This document shows, piece by piece, positions 31,432 through 41,316 of a stretch of 64,000 nt of DNA (the first letter of the stretch is position 1; every line of letters begins with the position of its first letter). Under the pieces are notes generated by a model. The model made no database searches, had not been told where the DNA came from, and was given only the letters and a program-made list of their open reading frames with translations. The DNA comes from an uncultured Acidobacteriaceae bacterium (lineage in GTDB: Bacteria > Acidobacteriota > Terriglobia > Terriglobales > Acidobacteriaceae): contig CAWICF010000002.1 of NCBI GenBank assembly GCA_963834565.1, positions 944,410 to 1,008,409 on the forward strand, given 5' to 3'. A program made the translations under genes and the position numbers.

Positions 31432-32546
31432 GCCGGCCCCTCGCCAACCAGCATTTCTTCCGTAGCAGGAATCTTGCGCGGCGCAACGCCATCCAGCGCC
31501 TTGGCTATCGCCGCAATATGCTCGGGCGTGTTGCCGCAACATCCGCCCGCAATGTTGATCAGCCCCTCACGCGCGAATCCGCTCAGGTACCGCGCCATGT
31601 CGGCAGGCTCCAGGTCAAATCCGGTCGGAGCAAGCGGATTTGGCAGCCCTGCATTCGGATAGCATGAGATTGCGACGTTCGCCTTGTCAGCGAGCTCTTC
31701 GAGAAATGGATACATGAGATCCGGACCGAGCGAACAATTGAGCCCGACCGAAATCGGATGCACATGCTCCACCGCGTTCCAGAACGCAGCGATTGTCTGG
31801 CCCGAGATCATCGTCTCGCCGCCGCGGCCGACGGCCGCCGAGATCATCACCGGCAGCTCACGGCCCAGCTCATTGAACACTTCGCGAATCGCCACCAGCG
31901 CCGCTTTTGCATTCAGCGAATCGAAAATCGTCTCCACCAGCAGCAGGTCCACTCCGCCCGCCATCAGCGCGCGCGCCTGCTCGACGTAAGCGGTCTTCAC
32001 CTGGTCGAACGTTACGGTGCGGAATCCCGGATTCTCCGCATCTGGCGAAGTCGATAGCGACACTGTCAGCGGCCCCATCGCTCCCGCAACAAATCGTGGT
32101 CGCCCGGTCTCATTTGCAACCCGATCCGCCCACTCCTTCGCCAACTGCGCGGACTTCTCGTTCAACTCCCACGCCAGCTGCTTGAGAAACTTGTCGTCGA
32201 TCACTTTCTGATAAAACTCCGGATCCTTCCGACCACCATGCTCGCGCGGATCGTCGACAAAGAACTCGCTCTGTGAGATCGTCGTCGCGCCAAAGGTATT
32301 CGTCTCGACGATGTCCGCGCCTGCCTCCAGGAATCTCCGATGAATGTCGCCAATCATCTCCGGCTGGGTCAGCGTGAACAGATCGCCATTATTCAGCAGA
32401 TCCTTCTTCGCGTCCTTGAAGCGCTCGCCGCGAATATCCGCCTCTTTCATTCCGTAGGCGCGAATCGTCGTTCCCATCGCCCCATCGATAATGGCGATGC
32501 GATGCGCGAGAACGTCTTCCAGCGAATGTGCGTGCGTCTTCGTCAT
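31428..32546 (-). CDS. metH: Homocysteine S-methyltransferase domain (split MetH, N-terminal part)
   Basis: [53 protein letters not shown] overlap with the C-terminal part. Confidence 0.95.
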
Positions 32547-32818
32547 CTCTTCCTTCAGATTCAATCTTTGCCAATCCCGGCCCAGGCCCGGAATCCCCCA
32601 AAAGTTCAACTGAACGGGGTGAGCCGCAAGCTGGAAGTGAGGGGAAAGCGGCCTATTCTCAAGAATATCCGAGCCGATGCTCGTTCCGGACCGATTCGCG
32701 CCGAATGCGCTCCAATACACCCTGAAATGCAACCCTATTCATTGGATGGCGAGGCCCCGTTCTCGGCATCTTTTCTCCCAGCCCCGAATAAAATCGACGT
32801 TCTAAACTGAAGAGAGCA

Positions 32819-33790
32819 ATGATCCAAACCCTTTTTGGCAACCCAGATCCCGAAGAAGCTGCTGACCAGGACCAGAAAAAAAGCTTCCTCCATCGCATGC
32901 GGCAAGCGGTCTCGCGCACCCGCGAGACTTTCTCCTCGAAGATCTCCGACCTCGCCGCCCTCACCCGCACCGTCGACGAATCCTCTCTAGAAGAACTCGA
33001 AACGGTGCTGCTCACAAGCGACCTTGGCGTCCCCACCACCACCGCGATCCTCGACGCACTCCGCGATCGCGCCCGCCATCAGGCCATCCAGGGCGGCGCC
33101 GAACTCCGCAATCTGCTCAAGGAGCAAATGATCGCCATCCTCCGTGCCCCGCAAGGTGCGGCAGCCACACCGCAGGTGTTGCCGAAGATCACCTTCCTCG
33201 TCGGCGTTAACGGAACCGGCAAAACGACCTCCAGCGGCAAGCTCGCCGCGTGGTCCCGCGCACAAGGGCACTCTGTCCTCCTCTGCGCAGCGGACACTTT
33301 TCGTGCTGCGGCGATTGAGCAGCTCGAAATCTGGGCCGCGCGCTCGGGAGTCGAGATGATCAAGACGCGTCAGGGCGGCGACCCAGCAGCCGTTCTCTAC
33401 GACGCCGTCACCGCTGCAAAATCGCGCGGCATCGACGATCTCTACGTAGACACCGCCGGCCGCCTGCACACCAAGTCCGGACTGATGGACGAGCTCGACA
33501 AGATGCGCCGAACGGCCGCTCGACTCGTTCCCGGCGCGCCGCACGAAGTTCTTCTCGTCATGGATGCAACGACCGGCCAGAACGGCCTCCAGCAGGCCCG
33601 CCAGTTCACGCAAGCAGCCGGCGCCACCGGTATCGTCCTCACCAAGCTCGACGGCACCGCCAAGGGCGGCATCGCCGTCGCCATCGCCCGCGAGCTTTCA
33701 CTTCCTGTCCGCTTCGTCGGCGTCGGCGAACAAATGACCGACCTGCTGGAGTTTTCGCCGGAAGAGTTTGTGGACTCGTTGTTGGAGTAA
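32819..33790 (+). CDS. ftsY: Signal recognition particle receptor FtsY
   Basis: [45 protein letters not shown]. Confidence 0.98.
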   Translation: MIQTLFGNPDPEEAADQDQKKSFLHRMRQAVSRTRETFSSKISDLAALTRTVDESSLEELETVLLTSDLGVPTTTAILDALRDRARHQAIQGGAELRNLLKEQMIAILRAPQGAAATPQVLPKITFLVGVNGTGKTTSSGKLAAWSRAQGHSVLLCAADTFRAAAIEQLEIWAARSGVEMIKTRQGGDPAAVLYDAVTAAKSRGIDDLYVDTAGRLHTKSGLMDELDKMRRTAARLVPGAPHEVLLVMDATTGQNGLQQARQFTQAAGATGIVLTKLDGTAKGGIAVAIARELSLPVRFVGVGEQMTDLLEFSPEEFVDSLLE

Positions 33791-33815
33791 GATGACTGGC
33801 AGGGAAACCCATTAA

Positions 33816-34208
33816 ATGCATTTCACGCTTTTCGATCTCATCTACGGAGCAGGATGGATCTTCGGCTTTTTCGTGTCCCTTGTTGCCATGGTCTGGGGTT
33901 GGATCAGGTGGATTCGACGCGAGAAAGGATGGTCGATCCTGTCGCTTTCATCTCTGATTGCCTTCGCGCTTGCCTCGGCTTCGGCTTTGCTCGTCGCCGC
34001 GATGATGGCCTATGAACTCGCGATTCGCGAATTCACTTATGACGACTCGTCACTCATGAGAATCTGCGCGTGGGGTGCGTTGATCTCTTTATCAGCCTTA
34101 GTCCTAGCACTCATGGGGGTCTGGCGCCCTAACTCAATTCGTTGGCACGCTCTAGTCTGTAGTTTCGGAACTCTCGTATTTTGGCTCATGGCGGCTGCGG
34201 GCGAATAA
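33816..34208 (+). CDS. Hypothetical multi-pass membrane protein
   Basis: 130-aa ORF with about four hydrophobic segments; visibly lower GC than ftsY. Confidence 0.55.
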   Translation: MHFTLFDLIYGAGWIFGFFVSLVAMVWGWIRWIRREKGWSILSLSSLIAFALASASALLVAAMMAYELAIREFTYDDSSLMRICAWGALISLSALVLALMGVWRPNSIRWHALVCSFGTLVFWLMAAAGE

Positions 34209-34217
34209 AACAGGACC

Positions 34218-34493
34218 TCACGCCGCCAATCGCGCAATCTTGACGCGCCGGTTGCGCATCGCCTTTGCCAGATCGTAATTGGCCTGCATCCTGATCCACA
34301 CGTCGGGAGAAGTTCCGAATGCCTCGGAAAGACGCACCGCCATCTCGGCCGATACGCCGGTCCTGCCATGGATCATCCGCGACAGATTGGCCCGCGTGAT
34401 CTTCAGGTGTGCGGCCAAGCGGGTAACGGTCAAGCCCAAACCCTCCATATATTCCTGAACGATCTCGCCCGGATGTGCGGGGTTATACATCAT
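34218..34493 (-). CDS. higA: HigA family antitoxin (XRE HTH)
   Basis: MYNPAHPGEI, LAAHLKITRANLSRMIHG, SAEMAVRLSEAFG, WIRMQANYDL. Confidence 0.93.
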   Translation of the reverse strand: MMYNPAHPGEIVQEYMEGLGLTVTRLAAHLKITRANLSRMIHGRTGVSAEMAVRLSEAFGTSPDVWIRMQANYDLAKAMRNRRVKIARLAA

Positions 34494-34506
34494 ATGGTTT
34501 TCTCCT

Positions 34507-34785
34507 TCAGTGATAGTCCAAATAATCAATTAAAGTCGCATCTTCGCCGTCAAATCTGAACGTGATGCGCCAATTGCCGTTCACACGCACGGACCAATGG
34601 CCTTTCAACTCACCTTTGAGCGAATGCAAATGCCAACCCGGCACGTTCATGTCGTTTGGCGACGTGCTGGCGTCAAGCAATGTCAGTTGCCTACGGAGCT
34701 TCGTGGCGTGCGCCGGCTCGATTCCCGCCTTGCTGTCAGTACGGTAAAAACTCCCCAGCCCAGCGTGCCGGAAACTCCTGATCAT
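34507..34785 (-). CDS. higB: HigB-like toxin (RelE/ParE, plasmid maintenance system killer type)
   Basis: MIRSFRHAGL, PGWHLHSLKGELKGHWSVRVNGNWRITFRF, DYLDYH. Confidence 0.93.
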   Translation of the reverse strand: MIRSFRHAGLGSFYRTDSKAGIEPAHATKLRRQLTLLDASTSPNDMNVPGWHLHSLKGELKGHWSVRVNGNWRITFRFDGEDATLIDYLDYH

Positions 34786-34820
34786 CTGTATAGTGTACTG
34801 ACACAATATACAAACGTCAA
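34786..34820 (-). promoter_or_regulatory. Sigma70 promoter of higBA, apparently leaderless, overlapped by an imperfect inverted repeat
   Basis: Minus strand TTGACG (34820-34815), 17 nt, TACACT (34797-34792), 6 nt, then ATG. Inverted repeat TGTATAGTGT...ACACAATATACA. Confidence 0.7.
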
Positions 34821-34897
34821 GGAATCCTTTGCGCGTAGCTTGCATACCCCAAGTCACACGCCTCGCGGCGTGTACACTTGAGGGTTCCTCGTGCGAT

Positions 34898-36040
34898 ATG
34901 ACCGCTCCGTCCGACCTCGATCTCCGCTGGATGCAGCGCGCCCTCGACCTCGCGCGCAACGGCATCGGCGTCACCTCGCCCAATCCCGCCGTGGGCTGCG
35001 TCATTCTCGATGCCGCCGGCCGGCTCATCGGTGAAGGCTGGCACGAATACGACTTGCTCGACCATGCTGAAGTCGTCGCGCTCGTTGCTGCGCGTAAAAA
35101 CGCGCCGGACCGCATTCATGGCGGCACCGCCTACGTCACGCTGGAACCATGCAGCATCGTAGGCCGCACTCCTCCCTGCACTGCCTCGCTCATCAGTGCC
35201 GGTCTCGCGCGCGTCGTTGCCGCTACCATCGATCCCAACCCCAGCGTGGCTGGCCGGGGCATTCAAACTCTCCGTGACGCGGGCATCCAGGTCGACGTCG
35301 GCGTGGGCGAGCAGGAAACTCGCCGTCTTAACGAAGGCTTCGCGCGATGGATTCAGCACAAGCAGCCCTTCGTTCTGATGAAAGTCGCCATGACGCTCGA
35401 CGCGCGCATTGCGCCGCCGCCCGGTCATCAAACCGCGCACGCACCCTACTGGATCACCAGCGAAGTGGCCCGCGCGGCCGTGCAGCCCCTCCGCTGGGCT
35501 GCCGACGCCACTATGGTCGGCGTCGACACCGTCCTCGCCGACGATCCTTGGATGACCGATCGAAGCGGCAAGCGCCGCCGCCGTCCGCTTCTGCGCATCG
35601 TCCTCGACTCCGCCCTGCGCATACCTCTCGACTGCCACCTCGTCACCACCGTGCAGAACGACGTTGTCGTCTTCACCGTCTCACGCGATGAAGCCCGCGC
35701 TGCCGAACTCCGCAACCGCGGCGTCCGAGTCGAGATTCTTCCCGCGGACACAGGCCGTGTACCGCTTGAAGCTGTCCTCACCAAGCTGGGCGAAGAGGGC
35801 GTCCTCACTCTGCTGCTCGAAACCGGCACGCGCCTCAACACCGCTTTCCTTGCCACCGGCCTCGTCGACCGCCTCCATCTCTTTATTTCGCCGCAGATCA
35901 TGGGTTCCGACGCCGTCCCCGCCTTCCGCGGACTGCCCCGCTTCGTGCACATGAACGAAGTCGAACTTGATCGCTACGGCGACGACCTCGGCATCTCCTC
36001 GCTGCTGCGCGATCCCTGGCCGCCGGCGGCAACCTCCTGA
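34898..36040 (+). CDS. ribD: Bifunctional diaminohydroxyphosphoribosylaminopyrimidine deaminase/reductase
   Basis: SPNPAVGCVI, HAE, VTLEPC...TPPC, DPNP, KVAMTLD, ETGTRL. Confidence 0.96.
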   Translation: MTAPSDLDLRWMQRALDLARNGIGVTSPNPAVGCVILDAAGRLIGEGWHEYDLLDHAEVVALVAARKNAPDRIHGGTAYVTLEPCSIVGRTPPCTASLISAGLARVVAATIDPNPSVAGRGIQTLRDAGIQVDVGVGEQETRRLNEGFARWIQHKQPFVLMKVAMTLDARIAPPPGHQTAHAPYWITSEVARAAVQPLRWAADATMVGVDTVLADDPWMTDRSGKRRRRPLLRIVLDSALRIPLDCHLVTTVQNDVVVFTVSRDEARAAELRNRGVRVEILPADTGRVPLEAVLTKLGEEGVLTLLLETGTRLNTAFLATGLVDRLHLFISPQIMGSDAVPAFRGLPRFVHMNEVELDRYGDDLGISSLLRDPWPPAATS

Positions 36041-36175
36041 GGTACTCCTGCCTTCCTCGATTCTTATAAAATAGAAGTGCAGGCGCCGCCGGCTTTGTCC
36101 CTGACATCGGACTTTGTGGTTCAATTGTCGAGCCGGCTCACCAAACAGGTCTGCGCGTAACAAGAAAGAAAGCAG

Positions 36176-36685
36176 ATGCTTTCAAAGCCCGTCATCACGG
36201 CACTAGTCTCTCTTGTCGGACTCGTCGGAGTCCTCGCCTGGCGCGTGCGCGAGGGCCGTAGCCCGGTGACGCTGAAGAAGATCGTGATGCCGCCCCTCGG
36301 CATGGCCACTGGCTTCTGCATGTTCCTCGTTCCTCAGTGCCGGGTTCCCCTTTTTTGGGGCGTCGGAGCTTTCCTCATCGGAGCCGTCGTCCTCGCCTAT
36401 CCCCTCCTTCTGACCTCCGACCTGCACTACCAGAATGGCGTCATCATGATGAAGCGCTCCAGCGCCTTTTTCTCGGTCATCATCGTGCTCGCCGCCGTAC
36501 GCTACCTCGCCCGCGGCTACTTCGACCGCTTCCTCAACCTCGAGCAGACCGGCGCACTCTTCTACCTGCTCGCCTTCGGCATGATCCTCCGCTGGCGCGC
36601 CAAGCTCTACTTCGCCTACCGCACACTCACCGCCGACCACGCGGTCCCCGCTGCCCCCGTCCCTGAAGAAGCCTCCGCCGACTAG
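36176..36685 (+). CDS. CcdC/DUF1453 family membrane protein
   Basis: WRVREGRSPVTLKKIVMPPLGMATGFCMF, LAFGMILRWR; several hydrophobic helices. Confidence 0.75.
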   Translation: MLSKPVITALVSLVGLVGVLAWRVREGRSPVTLKKIVMPPLGMATGFCMFLVPQCRVPLFWGVGAFLIGAVVLAYPLLLTSDLHYQNGVIMMKRSSAFFSVIIVLAAVRYLARGYFDRFLNLEQTGALFYLLAFGMILRWRAKLYFAYRTLTADHAVPAAPVPEEASAD

Positions 36686-36793
36686 CACCGCCAACGCCGC
36701 CCGCCTTTTCCGCTTGTCCCCTGCTTCTATGAGACAATCAGTCATCGTTTCCCCTCCCTGGCGTTTCTGAACATCGCAATCAAGGACCATCAG

Positions 36794-37147
36794 ATGTCAC
36801 GTGCTCCGGCTGTGAACCGCATCGCTCTTTCCGTTGAGCGCAAAGACTCGACCGCCATCGTTCACTGCCGCGGCCGACTCGTCTCCGGCCTGTGCGGCGA
36901 GTTCCACACAAAAATCCATCCTCTGTTTCGCGAAAGCAAGCGCGTCATCCTCGACCTGACCGAACTCGAATCGGTCGACAGCATGGGTTTGGGCACCTTG
37001 GTCCGACTTTACGTCTCCGCCAAATCGGCCGGCTCTTGCCTCGAACTCATTCACCTCAACAAGCAGGTCCGCAAGCTGCTCGGCCTCACAAACCTCCTTG
37101 GCGTCTTCGGCGACATGTGCGAAAAGGGCGTCATGATGAAGTTCTAG
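36794..37147 (+). CDS. STAS domain anti-sigma factor antagonist
   Basis: VILDLTELESVDSMGLGTLV (D-S-x-G phospho-Ser motif). Confidence 0.9.
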   Translation: MSRAPAVNRIALSVERKDSTAIVHCRGRLVSGLCGEFHTKIHPLFRESKRVILDLTELESVDSMGLGTLVRLYVSAKSAGSCLELIHLNKQVRKLLGLTNLLGVFGDMCEKGVMMKF

Positions 37148-37206
37148 TCCCTCCGTCCCTCAGTCCCTGATTTTCGCTCCCTTGCCCCGTTGCTCCCTCG
37201 CTCCCT
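37146..37206. repeat. Octamer tandem array (NNNTCCCT)
   Basis: AGTCCCT-CCGTCCCT-CAGTCCCT ... CGCTCCCT-TGCCCCGT-TGCTCCCT-CGCTCCCT. Confidence 0.65.
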
Positions 37207-37217
37207 ATCATCAACTC

Positions 37218-37892
37218 ATGTTCACCGGCATCATCGAGCAGACCGGAACCCTCGTCAGCCTCACCGATCGCGGTGGCGTCCGCCGTATCACTGTGGAAGC
37301 TCCCGGCATAGCGTCACGCCTGCGTGAAGGCGACTCTCTCGGCGTCTCCGGCGTTTGCCTCACCGCGCTCGACGTTGATCCCACCAACTTCCATGCCGAT
37401 CTTGCCCAGGAGACTCTCGACCGCACTTCGCTCGGCTCGCTCGCCTCAGGCGCACGCGTCAATCTCGAGCTTCCCACCGCTGCCGGCAGTCCGCTGGGCG
37501 GCCACATCGTGCAAGGCCATGTAGATGGCACCGGCGTGATGACCGCGCTTGATCCCGTCATCCCCACCACCGACCGAAACTTCAACCGCGAAACTACCGA
37601 CTGGACCCTCAAAGTCCGCGTCCCTGATAACGTTCGCGGCTGGATGGTGCCCAAAGGTTCCGTCGCCGTCGAAGGCATCAGCCTGACGATCGCAGCCGTC
37701 GCAGCCGACGAGATCTCGATCGCCATCCTGCCTCTCACGTACTGGCGCACAAATTTGCACACACTTTCGGTCGGCGCGCCGATGAACATCGAGGCCGACG
37801 TGCTCGTCAAACTCGCTGCCATGCAGACCCAGCAGGCAAAGAAACCCGCGTTCGAGCTTACCGAAGCTTGGCTCGTCGCCAACGGGTACTGA
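37218..37892 (+). CDS. ribE: Riboflavin synthase alpha chain (ribC in E. coli nomenclature)
   Basis: N-terminal MFTGIIE, GVCLT, VNLE, GGHIVQGHVD, KGSVAVEGISLT, NIEAD. Confidence 0.96.
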   Translation: MFTGIIEQTGTLVSLTDRGGVRRITVEAPGIASRLREGDSLGVSGVCLTALDVDPTNFHADLAQETLDRTSLGSLASGARVNLELPTAAGSPLGGHIVQGHVDGTGVMTALDPVIPTTDRNFNRETTDWTLKVRVPDNVRGWMVPKGSVAVEGISLTIAAVAADEISIAILPLTYWRTNLHTLSVGAPMNIEADVLVKLAAMQTQQAKKPAFELTEAWLVANGY

Positions 37893-38087
37893 GAGCAGTT
37901 CACAGTTCTTAGGCTCGTTGTTGAAGGTTGCACGAGCCCCATCGAAGCGATCTGAGCAGCGAACCCCAAACTACAGCGGTTTCGCAGTTACTGTGTCCCG
38001 AAGCCATGACCGCCAAGTGGATTTTTCCTCAAGGAAAATCCACCCACCGCTGAGGCCTGAAACGGCTACACCAACTGCGAAACCGCT

Positions 38088-38648
38088 CTAAGAACTGCGA
38101 ACCTGGTGCGGCACAATCTCCGGCGGCGCCACTTCCACCCACTTCGCCGTCGATGCCTCCGACCGGCACTCCGACCACAACGCGTAAATATCGCGGTGCG
38201 CCACCAGCCCCGTATCCACCAGTACGGCCTTGCCCGCATCCGCCGCCGTGTAATGCTCGCGGCACCATCGGATAAATGGCTCGGCCTGCCTCCCTTTGCG
38301 CATTGTGAACCAGTCAATGATCGGGTAAGGCGACTCGCCCTGCACATTCTCCGGCGTCCACCAGAAGCGCACTGGTCCCTTCGGCGAAAATCTCTCCTCG
38401 ATGCACGTGCCGCCTCCATGCATCGCCCGCACAAAATCCGCCCACGTCATCAGCCGGCCGCACCGTTTCATGCGCATCCTGAAACGATGCTCCTGCTGTT
38501 GCCTTATCCATCGAAGCAGTACGATATACGGAATCGCGACAACAGCCAGAAGGGCAAACACCGGAACCAGCAGCACTCCCAGCGCCGCAGTCAAATAAGC
38601 ACCGAACGCTTTCGGTTCCCGCGCGCTGTGTAGACCCTGCGTCTCCAT
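38088..38648 (-). CDS. Hypothetical protein with N-terminal membrane anchor
   Basis: 186-aa ORF filling the gap, with one hydrophobic stretch; no recognised motif. Confidence 0.6.
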   Translation of the reverse strand: METQGLHSAREPKAFGAYLTAALGVLLVPVFALLAVVAIPYIVLLRWIRQQQEHRFRMRMKRCGRLMTWADFVRAMHGGGTCIEERFSPKGPVRFWWTPENVQGESPYPIIDWFTMRKGRQAEPFIRWCREHYTAADAGKAVLVDTGLVAHRDIYALWSECRSEASTAKWVEVAPPEIVPHQVRSS

Positions 38649-38700
38649 CGTCGCTGCTCACATCGAACTTCGCTCGCACTGCGGTTAGCTCAAATCGCAC

Positions 38701-40203
38701 TCATTTCGCCGTCAGTTTCGGCGGAGCTGTCACGTATTCCTCTCCGGTCCGCGCCAATATCAAGTTCCGCCGGTCGGTCAGCAATTTGATCCGGTCAGTC
38801 AATTCAATGAATTCTTTCTTCTGCTCCGCCGTCAGCCCCGTTGCGTTCAAATCCGGCGCTTGTGGCTTCGCTCCCGGCGCACTTCCCTCGCTCGCGGGCC
38901 CTCCCGGCTGCGCTGCCGCTCTGGTCGGACCCAGTCCTGCCGCCTTATTCAGCTCGTCCAGCTTCGCCGTCAGCAGCGGCAGCTCGCGATCGATTAAGAC
39001 TGGTCTAATTACCGGCGTCTTCGTCCGCCCGGCAGCAATCTCATTGCGGTTGTTTTCTTCCCACACCGGCATCATGCCCACGTGCCCTAGTTCGACGCGA
39101 ATCCCAGCCGGACCGTAGTCCTTCCGCACCGCTGAAAACAGCCCGATCGCCTCATCCCGCGGCTCGCCGTTCGAATCCGGATTCAGCCCATCGACATAAC
39201 TCCGCGACTGGTTCGACAGAAAGTTCCCCAGCGAATAAAAAATCACGGTGTCGCGCCCGTCCTGCGTCTTGTAGGTCTCAATCGGCTGCAGCACATGCGG
39301 ATGCGCGCCCACAACCACGCTTGCTCCAGCCTCAAGCATCTTGTGCGCCAGGTCCACATCCTCCGGCCGCGGCGCGGTCGCGTACTCAATTCCCCAGTGC
39401 ACGCTGATCACCAGCAGATCGCATTGCGCTCGCGCCGCTTTCACCGCAGCGATCACCGTCGCCTCGTCCGCTCCCGGCGCGCCGCCGGCCTCGCCCGGAT
39501 ATGGGTAAAAATTTACATGCGGTTGATCTGCCGCCTCGGGATTCCGGTTCCCATTCAGCCAGCGCGTCATTCCCAGCCAGCCCACCTTGATTCCATTCGC
39601 TTCTGTGAAAACCGGCTGCCATGCCGTCGCCTCATTGTCTGACGTTCCTACAAACAGCAACCCTGCCTCGCGCAGGTGCTCGCGCGTCTCCGCGAACCCC
39701 GCCCACCCCTGGTCCATTACGTGGTTGTTGGCAAACGATACGATCTTGATCCCGCTCGCCTTCAGTGCCTCGGGCAGCGCTACCGGTGCGTCAAACATGA
39801 ATGGTTTCGTCCCATGTGAGTGCTCCGGCGCCACTGGAGTTTCCATGTTCACAAACCCGAAATCCGCGCCGAGAAACACGTCCGCCACATCGCTGAAGAG
39901 CGGCGCCCAACCCTGTTCGCCCTCGCCTGCCGCCGCGGCAGCCGCCCTCACCGCCTCATGCGGAATCACATCCCCCGCCACGGCAAAACTCACCTGCGCA
40001 AGCTCATGCGGGTACGGAACCACGACCGCCGCGTGCTGCCGCGTTTGCATCCCCGAGTGCAGCGCCACTCCCAGCACCGCCAAGCCGAGCCCACCCACCA
40101 GGACCCGCCAGTACCTGCGCGTAGCCGGCAGCTTTCCGGCCGGCACTTGACGATCCGCAGCCCACTCTGGCCCGCCCCGATTTTCTTCCAATGCCCACTC
40201 CAT
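38701..40203 (-). CDS. CapA/PGA_cap family metallophosphoesterase-fold protein
   Basis: AGDVIPH, FVNMETP, FANNHVMDQG, SVHWGIEY, GAHPHVLQPIE, YSLGNFLS. Confidence 0.9.
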   Translation of the reverse strand: MEWALEENRGGPEWAADRQVPAGKLPATRRYWRVLVGGLGLAVLGVALHSGMQTRQHAAVVVPYPHELAQVSFAVAGDVIPHEAVRAAAAAAGEGEQGWAPLFSDVADVFLGADFGFVNMETPVAPEHSHGTKPFMFDAPVALPEALKASGIKIVSFANNHVMDQGWAGFAETREHLREAGLLFVGTSDNEATAWQPVFTEANGIKVGWLGMTRWLNGNRNPEAADQPHVNFYPYPGEAGGAPGADEATVIAAVKAARAQCDLLVISVHWGIEYATAPRPEDVDLAHKMLEAGASVVVGAHPHVLQPIETYKTQDGRDTVIFYSLGNFLSNQSRSYVDGLNPDSNGEPRDEAIGLFSAVRKDYGPAGIRVELGHVGMMPVWEENNRNEIAAGRTKTPVIRPVLIDRELPLLTAKLDELNKAAGLGPTRAAAQPGGPASEGSAPGAKPQAPDLNATGLTAEQKKEFIELTDRIKLLTDRRNLILARTGEEYVTAPPKLTAK

Positions 40204-40450
40204 CTTCGGTCTTGCTCCCTCACCCGTCTCAAAGAGTGAATGGAATCAGCATACAGGCGCTCTGGCTTCGCCTCTCACCCGATAGCGGACGCAGGTGCCC
40301 ATCCCGCAACCGCCGCGAGCGTCCTGCGCTGTTTCCGTGTCCGGTCGGGCGGATCGACTGACCGTCTCTTGATGATGAGGGCGAGCAGGACGGCATCGCG
40401 AAAATTCTTGGCGACGATCCCGAAGCAGTGCGGCCCGTTCTGGCAACGGA

Positions 40451-40765
40451 TCACTTTCCCGCTGGGACGTCGCGTCCGAATCCGAGCACTTTGATCACAA
40501 TATTGGGTGAGACGCGGCCTGCAAACAGCTTCATCCAATCGTTGGGGTCGGCGACAATTGCCCAGGAAATGTATATTCCGCAGTTCAGCTTGATCCAGAA
40601 GGCGTTGGGGACGTCCGGATCCACCAACTGTCGTCCCTTCGGAAGGGGATAATCCTGAAGCGCAATGAGGAAAGCCCCGACCTCCTGCGTTGCTGCGCTA
40701 TCGCCGCGAACCAGTTCCGTGCCTTGGTCCTGCACTTCAATGGGAATGTCATATGTGCAGGACAT
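40451..40765 (-). CDS. Hypothetical protein, RelE/ParE-like topology (putative toxin)
   Basis: 104 aa directly downstream of the AbrB-like gene; pattern ...LQDYPLPKGRQL...FWIKL..IYISWAI...VIKVLGFG. Confidence 0.5.
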   Translation of the reverse strand: MSCTYDIPIEVQDQGTELVRGDSAATQEVGAFLIALQDYPLPKGRQLVDPDVPNAFWIKLNCGIYISWAIVADPNDWMKLFAGRVSPNIVIKVLGFGRDVPAGK

Positions 40766-40807
40766 GCGCCGGATGATAGCACAAGCCTTGTATAACCAGG
40801 GCGGGAA

Positions 40808-41167
40808 TCAGATCTCTGCCCCTTCCGCTTGACTCTGACCGGCCGCCGACTTTGCGGCTGGCCTTGTGGTTCGCTTCGCCGCCCCTGCGTGCGTTTTTCC
40901 CCGTGGACCCTTGTAACCAATCTTGTCGAGGAACTGGTTCAGCGGAACATTTGTACTCCTGCCTCCGAGGCGCGAAAGAAACTTTTCGCGCAGCTCCTTC
41001 GGCAGTTCATCGCGCTTGAGCGCCACCACTGGGTGCAGCTCCAGATGGTTGTCCTTCATCTCGATCATGATGGGACTTCCTTCGCCAAGCCCGTAGTAAT
41101 CGAGGATTGCCTTGGAAAGGGTGAGCTGGCGCTTGGTTCCGATTTGTGTCATCTGCTGGGGTGTCAT
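40808..41167 (-). CDS. AbrB/MazE/SpoVT family DNA-binding protein (putative antitoxin)
   Basis: TQIGTKRQLTLSKAILDYYGLGEGSPIMIEMKDNHLELHP is a swapped-hairpin AbrB signature. Start set to the ATG at 41167. Confidence 0.8.
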   Translation of the reverse strand: MTPQQMTQIGTKRQLTLSKAILDYYGLGEGSPIMIEMKDNHLELHPVVALKRDELPKELREKFLSRLGGRSTNVPLNQFLDKIGYKGPRGKTHAGAAKRTTRPAAKSAAGQSQAEGAEI

Positions 41168-41193
41168 AACAACCTCTGACGTAACCAATGATA

Positions 41194-41244
41194 GCGGAAA
41201 CGCGGATATTCCGCAATGCGCGGATTCCGCAATGCGCGTTCCGC
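41194..41244. promoter_or_regulatory. Operator-like direct and inverted repeats upstream of the AbrB gene
   Basis: ATTCCGCAATGCGCG twice (41208, 41224); palindromes GCGGA-tat-TCCGC (41202-41214) and GCGGA-t-TCCGC (41220-41230). Confidence 0.5.
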
Positions 41245-41316
41245 CTGAGGGATCAAGCACAAACGTCACATTCCATGATAGATGCGCCGATGCGACTTCC
41301 GCATCTTGCCTGGGGC

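Noticed and set aside
32547-32818. SAM, SAH or cobalamin riboswitch upstream of metH
   Set aside because: I could not find the conserved cores on the minus strand by eye; an Infernal/Rfam scan would be needed.
34821-37217. FMN riboswitch near ribD/ribE
   Set aside because: No RFN consensus was seen, and the leaders are short or occupied by other elements.
38701-40203. Poly-gamma-glutamate capsule operon
   Set aside because: Only a CapA-domain gene is present; there are no capB/capC neighbours, and stand-alone CapA homologs are common.
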